A stretch of DNA of 64,000 bases from an uncultured Hormoscilla sp. GTDB lineage: Bacteria; Cyanobacteriota; Cyanobacteriia; Cyanobacteriales; Desertifilaceae. Made by a program: the position numbers and the translations under genes. The stretch is taken from the NCBI GenBank assembly GCA_963921275.4, contig OZ001293.3:2304001-2368000 (forward strand), read 5' to 3'. This document shows positions 57,530-64,000 of the stretch, one piece after another (position 1 is the first letter of the stretch; each line of letters opens with the position of its first letter). The notes under the pieces were generated by a model. It ran no database searches. It was not told where the DNA came from and worked only from the letters and a program-made list of their open reading frames with translations.

Positions 57530-57749
57530 TCTCGTTAAAGATCTAGAGAATGCCTTGGGTCAGTATATTATATATGCTAATATCCTGGCACGAGTGGAAC
57601 CAGATCGCATTCTGTATCTAGCAGTTCGAGTGGAAATTTATAATGAATTCTTCTCAGAAGAACTCGTGCAAGTTGTTCTCGCCAACAACCCCATTAAACT
57701 GATTGTATTCGACTCAAAACAGGAGGCAATAGTAGAATGGATACACTAG
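57530..57749 (+). pseudogene. xisH: XisH-family 3' fragment
   Basis: DLENALGQYI.Y, EPDRILYLAV, IVEWI; N-terminus replaced by repeats. Confidence 0.8.
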
Positions 57750-58071
57750 AGGCATATCGCTGGCTCATCTACCAAACATTGTCAGACTATGCTAGTATAC
57801 CTTACAGTCACGGTCAGATCAACAGTATTGTCATTGAAAGTATTGATCGCAACCATTTTATGATCGTCAAGGAAGGGTGGAATTCCGAACAGCACATTCA
57901 TCACTGTCTCGTTCACGTTCAGATAAAAAATGATAAGATCTGGATTCATTTTGACGGCACGGAAGACAGCATTACCGAGACATTGGTGGCCGCTGGAGTA
58001 CCAAAAGATAAAATCGTTCTCGCCTTCCATCTGCCCACGTCAGAAAACATACAGAATACGCGATCGCTTAA
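57737..58071 (+). pseudogene. xisI: XisI-family protein, frameshift near the C-terminus
   Basis: HVQIKNDKIWI..DGTE, LV.AGVPKDKIVLAFH; the native tail VRKHTEYAIA is in another frame. Confidence 0.8.
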
Positions 58072-58116
58072 ATTATACGGCCATACGGCAGAAAAAAATA
58101 TCTTGCTGAGAGGAGG

Positions 58117-60249
58117 TTGGAAGTGACAGCCCTGCCACAGATTACCATGGAAGTGATTGACGCTCGCTCCCCCTATTTGCCCGCAGTCATAGCTTTAGGT
58201 GATGCCCATAAAAAAACTCTGAGCTTTTTTCCCGAAGGTGCTTTTATCCAAAAAGCTGAGAGAGGCCATATAATTGTCGCTCTCGATCGGAAACAATTTA
58301 TTGGCTATTTATTATATTCCCCTTCTGATTCTTTCGATCGCGTCACTCTCGTCCATCTGTGCATCGATCCATCATATCGCGGTCATGGCATAGCCAAAAA
58401 GCTTGTGGACCATCTCGTCGGCATTACCAAAGAATATCGTGGCATTGGGTTAACCTGTCGCCGGGATTATCACTTGGAAAATTTTTGGCCTAAGTTGGGG
58501 TTTGTCGCTCAATTTGATAAAGATGCGAAAACTCCTAAAAAATTAAACACCTATTGGTGGCTAGACTACGGTCATCCTGACCTCTTTAATTCTGCTGCCC
58601 TTCGTCAAGGGGAAGAGAAGTTATCTGCGGTCATAGATGCTAACATTTTTTTCGAGCTTTATGATGACGAACATACTGCCGAATCTCAATTGCTATTAGC
58701 TGATTGGTTAGAAGATGAATTAAAATTATGTTTAACTGATAAAATTTTTAAAAAAATTAATGAAATTAGCAATCTAGAGGAGAGAAAATTCAAACACGAT
58801 TTTGCCGAAAAATTTACCGGCTTGCCCTGCGATCGCTCAAAGTTCGATAATGTTTATGATTCCCTAAAATCTTTTTTTACTGCAAAAGGAATATTCTCAG
58901 AATCATATCTGCGCAACATAGCTAGAACTATGGCATCAGATGTGCAGATTTTCCTGACCCCAAATCGGAGAATATTGGATCTGGCGGACGAAGTATACGA
59001 ACAATTTAAGCTATCCATTCTCTCTCCTACAGATCTAGTTATTAAATTAGATGAGGTTCGCAAAAATACGGAATATCAACCCGTGCTTTTGGCCGAGACT
59101 TTTTTAAGGCATGTCCGGATTAACAGTGGCAAAGAAACTATTTTATATGACTGCTTTCAAGCTGTCAACCAGGGTGAAACTAAAGTCGAATTTCAGCAGA
59201 AGTTACGTCGGTTTGTGGCAGAATCAGATAAGTTTGAATGCTTGGTGGCCACGGAAGGAGAAAATCAACCAATTACTTTAGTAGTGTACGATCGACATAA
59301 GCAGCAGGAGCTGGAAATTCCCATGCTGCGGGTTGCTGATCGCCCGTTCGCTTCGCGGCTGCGCAGCAGCATCGCCCCTACTATTGCCCGTCACTTAATT
59401 TTTCTGGCGACATTAATTTCCGCTCGCGAACAGCGTCAATTTACCAGAATTACCGATCGCCGCTTGTCGGAAATAGTTACTACCGCTATTCACAAGGATC
59501 ATTTTGTGAATGTAAAAGATGGCTTTTTGAGGGTCAATATAGCTGTTGCGGAAACCAAATTGCAGCTTTCACAGCGACTCACTGATTTAGCTAATAGTTT
59601 GGGCCGGGAATATGATTTTTGCCTTAATTTTGCTAACCTGCTTATAGATCGAAAAAAGCCAACAGAAATAATGAGTATGTGGGAGCTGGAAGGTTATCTA
59701 TTTCCTGGGAAGATTATTGATGCTGACATACCCAGTTTTATCGTTCCCATTAAGCCTTTTTGGGCTCATAATTTATTCGATGTGAGATTGGCTAATCAAA
59801 CCTTGTTTGGAGCGAGGAAACCGGATCTGGCTATCAACAGGGAAGCGGTTTATTATAAATCTAATAAGGGACCGAAAGAATTAAAGCCGGGGGTGAGTGG
59901 GAGAATTATTTGGTATGTGAGCGATGATAAAGACCGGGGATATACGGGGGTAAGTGCCGTGCGCGCTTGCTCCCGGTTGTCCGATGTGGCGATCGGCAAA
60001 CCCAAGGAGTTATATCGGCGCTTCCGCAACTTGGGCATCTATGAATGGCAAAATGTATATAATGTAGCTCGCTGCAATCCGAAGCAGGATATCATGGCGA
60101 TCGCATTCAGCGATACGGAATTGTTTAGCCAACCGATCGAATTGAAAAAAATTAGGGAAATTATCGGCAAAAAAGTGACAATGCAGTTGCCATATTATAT
60201 ATCTCCAGAAATTTTTGCTATCATTTATCAGATGGGCACTGAAAGTTAG
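58117..60249 (+). CDS. GNAT acetyltransferase - PIN-like - C-terminal PUA/EVE-like multidomain protein
   Basis: HLCIDPSYRGHGIAKKL (GNAT motif A), AVIDANIF (PIN start), IVPIKPFWAHNLF..NREAVYY..RIIWYVS. Confidence 0.75.
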   Translation: MEVTALPQITMEVIDARSPYLPAVIALGDAHKKTLSFFPEGAFIQKAERGHIIVALDRKQFIGYLLYSPSDSFDRVTLVHLCIDPSYRGHGIAKKLVDHLVGITKEYRGIGLTCRRDYHLENFWPKLGFVAQFDKDAKTPKKLNTYWWLDYGHPDLFNSAALRQGEEKLSAVIDANIFFELYDDEHTAESQLLLADWLEDELKLCLTDKIFKKINEISNLEERKFKHDFAEKFTGLPCDRSKFDNVYDSLKSFFTAKGIFSESYLRNIARTMASDVQIFLTPNRRILDLADEVYEQFKLSILSPTDLVIKLDEVRKNTEYQPVLLAETFLRHVRINSGKETILYDCFQAVNQGETKVEFQQKLRRFVAESDKFECLVATEGENQPITLVVYDRHKQQELEIPMLRVADRPFASRLRSSIAPTIARHLIFLATLISAREQRQFTRITDRRLSEIVTTAIHKDHFVNVKDGFLRVNIAVAETKLQLSQRLTDLANSLGREYDFCLNFANLLIDRKKPTEIMSMWELEGYLFPGKIIDADIPSFIVPIKPFWAHNLFDVRLANQTLFGARKPDLAINREAVYYKSNKGPKELKPGVSGRIIWYVSDDKDRGYTGVSAVRACSRLSDVAIGKPKELYRRFRNLGIYEWQNVYNVARCNPKQDIMAIAFSDTELFSQPIELKKIREIIGKKVTMQLPYYISPEIFAIIYQMGTES

Positions 60250-60259
60250 GTTGAAGTTC

Positions 60260-60700
60260 ATGGAAAATACGGTCCTCTTATTGTCGATGCAACCGGAGTA
60301 TGCTAAGAAAATATTTAATGGCGAAAAGACGGTAGAGCTGCGTCGGGTCCGTCCCAAATTAATTGCTGGCGATCTCGTTTTAGTCTGTGCTTCTTGTCCT
60401 CAAAAGGCTTTATTGGGTTTATTTGTAGTAGAATAAATTCTTGAAGAGTCTCTAGAGGATCTTTGGCAGATGGTAAAAAATAAAGCGGGGATAGGCAAAA
60501 ATAAGTTTTATAGCTATTATCAAGGTAAGTTGGTCGGATTTGGAATTTGCTTGCGCAAACCACAGCGCTTTAGCAAACCTGTAAAGTTAGAAATTATTAG
60601 ACAGCATTGGGCTAAATTTTATCCTCCCCAAGGTTATCGTTATCTGAAAGCTGGTGAAGTGAGTATTGTTGAAAGTTTGGCTGAATGCCAAATTGGGTAA
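60260..60700 (+). pseudogene. ASCH-domain protein with an in-frame TAA at 60434
   Basis: LLSMQPEYAKKIFNGEKTVELRR...PPQGYRYL in one frame across the stop. Confidence 0.82.
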
Positions 60701-60726
60701 ACTTATAATTTTAGTGAGGAAATTAT

Positions 60727-62319
60727 ATGGCGATCCATAAAAGCAAGTTAATCCGGCTATTTCAGGAATTTATTAGCTCCTATCTATACACGGCTGATGG
60801 TCTCAGCCAAAAAGCAGCCTATGAAAAGCAGCGTCAGCAAAGAGAACATCAGTTGCATGCGATCGCATCAGAATCAGCGGAAACCGAACCCATATTATTA
60901 CAACTGTTCCCGGATACGGATTTGCAATTGACTGATGTTAACCAGGTAATCTCCCTGCATATTCCGGCATCTCGCGATCGCCGACGAGAGTTGCTGGTCC
61001 AGCGGACAAATTTTGATGTTTGCGCTCTCAAAATTATCCAGACAGTAGGAAAAAACCTAGTTAATTTTCTCCATCGCTGCCAAAACCATCCCCATCAACT
61101 ATCAGCAGCTTGCATTAAATTTTACCACAAACCATACTCTCAGAGCTTTTCCATTCCCGCGATCGCGCCCATCCTAAATGGCCTGCAACCCGATCGCTTT
61201 CTGGCGATCGATCGTCAATCCCTACAGGTAATTAACTATTTTGGCCAGAAGAATTATACTGAGAAGTTAACAGATTATCCTGCTGTCAATCAGTTGGGAC
61301 AGGATATGATTGCTCAATTGGCTCAGGAGATGCATCAACCTGGGGTGCCCGCACTCAAAGATGGGGATTTGTTCGATCTGTTCTGTCACTGGCTTGTGGA
61401 TGAAAAAAAGGATGAATTGAACGCCAGAATGGTTGGGGAAAAACCAGTTTTTTTGGAGCAGGTTAAGGAGGTAGAATGGCAACCGGAATATCCTTTAGCT
61501 GCATGCGCTGAGGAGACGGGCTTGACGGTATCGGAATTGGAGCGATGGGTACGGGCGATCGAGCGTAAAAAGCAAGCCATTTTATCGGGAACCCCGGGAA
61601 CGGGAAAAACTTTCATTGCTCAAAAGCTAGCGCAACATTTAATTGGCTCTGGTGATGGGTTCTCGGAACTGGTACAATTTCACCCCGCCTACTCCTATGA
61701 AGACTTTATTCAGGGTATTCGTCCCCAAACTCAAGCCGGACAACTCACCTATCCTCTGGTTCCCGGTCGCTTTCTGGAATTCTGCGATCGGGCGAAATCT
61801 CGCTCGGGTCGGTGCGTGATGATTATTGATGAAATTAATCGCGCTCATCTGGCTCAGGTGTTTGGTGAATTGATGTACTTGCTGGAGTACCGCGATCGCA
61901 CCATTCCTTTAGCTGGTAGCAAAGAACCTTTTGCCATTCCCGCAAATGTCCGCCTGATTGGTACAATGAATACTGCCGATCGCTCGATCGCCCTAGTGGA
62001 TTATGCTCTGCGCCGCCGGTTTGCCTTCATCGAACTGCGCCCCAACTATCAGGTGCTGCGGCGATATCACCAAAATACCGGTTTTCCGGTGAATGGCTTG
62101 ATTGCTATACTGGAACAGTTGAATCAGGCGATCGCCGACAAGCATTACGAACTGGGCATCTCTTTCTTTTTAACAGATAACCTAGCCCAAGAGCTTCCCG
62201 ATATCTGGCTTCTGGAAATCGAACCCTATCTGGAAGAATATTTCTTCGATCGCATGGAGCAAGTTAACGAGTTTCGCTGGGACAATATTCAGCAGAAAAT
62301 ATTTTCCCGAAACCGGTAG
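60727..62319 (+). CDS. mcrB: McrB-family AAA+ GTPase
   Basis: GTPGTGKT, QFHPAYSYEDF, IIDEINR, GTMNTADRS, ALRRRF. Confidence 0.92.
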   Translation: MAIHKSKLIRLFQEFISSYLYTADGLSQKAAYEKQRQQREHQLHAIASESAETEPILLQLFPDTDLQLTDVNQVISLHIPASRDRRRELLVQRTNFDVCALKIIQTVGKNLVNFLHRCQNHPHQLSAACIKFYHKPYSQSFSIPAIAPILNGLQPDRFLAIDRQSLQVINYFGQKNYTEKLTDYPAVNQLGQDMIAQLAQEMHQPGVPALKDGDLFDLFCHWLVDEKKDELNARMVGEKPVFLEQVKEVEWQPEYPLAACAEETGLTVSELERWVRAIERKKQAILSGTPGTGKTFIAQKLAQHLIGSGDGFSELVQFHPAYSYEDFIQGIRPQTQAGQLTYPLVPGRFLEFCDRAKSRSGRCVMIIDEINRAHLAQVFGELMYLLEYRDRTIPLAGSKEPFAIPANVRLIGTMNTADRSIALVDYALRRRFAFIELRPNYQVLRRYHQNTGFPVNGLIAILEQLNQAIADKHYELGISFFLTDNLAQELPDIWLLEIEPYLEEYFFDRMEQVNEFRWDNIQQKIFSRNR

Positions 62320-62470
62320 TTCGGGCGATCGCGAGAATGGGCGAATTTCCCTGGCAATCTTAATAATGAAGGGTCTCCTCTACAAATGAGCGATAAGTTT
62401 TACTTATATGTAGGCCAAATCAAGGGTTTCAGCCTTTTTGGTCAGAAATTTATATAATGCGATACATTAA

Positions 62471-62723
62471 GGGTGTGGTCTTGCGCCCGTTGGTACTCGG
62501 CCTCCCCTTCTGTGCCGGGAGATCAATGTCTCGCGAAGGCCGCGCTAGTAACCGCACAAAAGCACAGTCCGAACCCGTGCATGGTCCAGCTACGAGAACC
62601 TTCGCCCGCCGGTAGGCTCCCTTCGACTTCGCTCACCCGACCACGCTCACCCGACCGCCGGCGCGGGCTTTTTACATGCATCTCGTCTCGGCACCCGGCT
62701 ATCAACTACAAGTGAGCGCACCC
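62471..62723. mobile_element. GGGTGTGGTC-ended miniature element, inverted relative of 46919..47091
   Basis: Ends GGGTGTGGTC / GAGCGCACCC; internal GAACCCGTGCATGGTCC matches the reverse complement of the 47035-47051 region. Confidence 0.7.
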
Positions 62724-62803
62724 TCCCAATGCCTAGACCGCCCGGGTGGGTAATTGGCACGGCACTAAGCAATTCAAAATTCTCTCATTCAAAATTAAAA
62801 ATT

Positions 62804-62985
62804 ACGACTCTTCCGTATGTAAATACGACTCTGTCGTATTCTGGTACGACTCTTCCGTATTTACATACGACTCTTCCGTACCCTGGTACGACTCTGTCGT
62901 ATTTACATACGACTCTTCCGTACCCTGGTACGACTCTGTCGTATTTACATACGACTCTTCCGTACCCGGGTACGACTCTTCCGTT
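62804..62985. repeat. 21-bp tandem array with alternating unit variants (TACGACTCTTCCGTA/TACGACTCTGTCGTA cores)
   Basis: About 9 units; followed by another GGGTGTGGTCA at 63009. Confidence 0.92.
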
Positions 62986-63329
62986 CCCAATACTTCAAGG
63001 GATACAACGGGTGTGGTCATGCAGACCGTTGCATCACCCGATATCTGGAGAATGGAATCCGCTCTAAGTTATCTCATATCTTGCACCATTTTCAACTAGA
63101 GGCGGAGCTTCGATAACTGGTTCCCACTCTGAGACTGGGAACCAGGGTGAAACGAGGGTAAAATACCTTTTTCATAAGGCTTTCAGTCGGTTTTCAACCG
63201 ACTTAAGCCTCGTTACCTGGCTCCCGCCTGGTAACGCGGGGTAAGCATACCCCGGCGGGCCATGAGACTAATCGAGAATGGTGCAAGATATCAGTTATAA
63301 TAAAATATTTACCCGATCGAGGGATGCCC

Positions 63330-64000
63330 ATGAAAACGATCTTCCTGACAGAACATAAATTCCTATGCTTGCCCCGGGAGGATCTTCCTCAGTCCGTAGT
63401 TGACCAGTTGCGGCAAAAGTACAGCAGTCAACTAGATGTGAAACTGCAAGATACCCCAACAGGCGATCGCTGGCAACTTACCTCTAAAGGATGGGTTGGT
63501 TATATCCCCTTGACGCCAGAATTCAGCATCGTCCTGCATCCGAAAGTACCATTGCACGACTTATTTGGGATGCTGGCCTATGCTTACAAGTTAAAGAGCT
63601 TTCGGGTGCTCGAAGGTCTGATTGACTGTCAAACGATCGAGGAATTATACGAGCAATTAGCCTATCTGCTCGCCCAGCGCATCCTAGACAGATGTCGTCA
63701 GGGATTATATCAGGCTTACTTGCCGAAAACTCAGCCATTGGCTTACCTGCGGGGGCGCGTGCTACAATCTATCTACTCCCCTGGTAATGTCAAGCTCAAC
63801 TGCCACTATCAAGAACCTACTAGGGATATCAAGGAAAATCAGATTCTCGCTTGGACAATGTTGCTCCTTTGTCGCAGTGGTTTGTGTTCGGAACGAGTCT
63901 GGCCAACCGTCAGAAAAGCTTATCATACTTTATCAGGTTTGGTGACTATGCTACCCTGTAGTCCATCGGATTGTCTGGGACGACAGTACAACCGTTTGAA
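63330..64000 (+). CDS. mcrC: McrC-family protein, 5' part (runs off the window)
   Basis: Manual translation MKTIFLTEH...GWVGYIPL...HPKVPLHDLFGMLAYAY...LRGR...ENQIL, open to the window end. Confidence 0.85.
   Translation, partial: MKTIFLTEHKFLCLPREDLPQSVVDQLRQKYSSQLDVKLQDTPTGDRWQLTSKGWVGYIPLTPEFSIVLHPKVPLHDLFGMLAYAYKLKSFRVLEGLIDCQTIEELYEQLAYLLAQRILDRCRQGLYQAYLPKTQPLAYLRGRVLQSIYSPGNVKLNCHYQEPTRDIKENQILAWTMLLLCRSGLCSERVWPTVRKAYHTLSGLVTMLPCSPSDCLGRQYNRL

Noticed and set aside
57510..58126. Heterocyst fdxN excision element
   Set aside because: No XisF recombinase or interrupted target; xisH/xisI are common dispersed pairs and are broken here.
62804..62985. Possible CRISPR array
   Set aside because: Units are contiguous 21-mers with only about 6 variable bases that recur; no unique spacers and no cas genes.

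Overview
This is a 64-kb chromosomal window from a cyanobacterium (dense HIP1 GCGATCGC, chlP, cruP, rnpB, murE, XisH/XisI, heptamer repeats), probably filamentous, with a very high load of pseudogenes, IS relics and short dispersed repeats. All calls are by eye from the sequence and the ORF track; no database searches were run. Main content: (1) rnpB and five group II intron loci without a recognisable intron-encoded protein. Two are near-identical full ORF-less copies, one is a second full ORF-less type, one is a deleted twintron relic, and one is a 5' fragment inserted in the D-arm of a tRNA. (2) A decaying minus-strand tRNA array (10 complete tRNAs plus fragments) with an rrn-like boxA leader. 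RNA-metabolism genes lie downstream, and a TrcR-like repressor/HNH/alr0857-type module 19 kb away shares an operator-like motif. (3) A type I R-M locus with two intact hsdS genes (same TRD1, different TRD2) in direct repeats around a toxin-immunity-like pair. (4) A GNAT-PIN-ASCH-McrBC candidate defence cluster. (5) An IS5-bounded inversion that splits an IS4 and separates a glutaredoxin-like gene from murE. (6) A family of GGGTGTGGTC-ended miniature elements that bracket unrelated 21-bp tandem arrays; one composite has a 9-bp target duplication and an empty-site homolog in the window. The most novel-looking signals are the tRNA D-arm group II intron (same position as the plastid trnG-UCC intron) and the MITE/21-bp-array composites.
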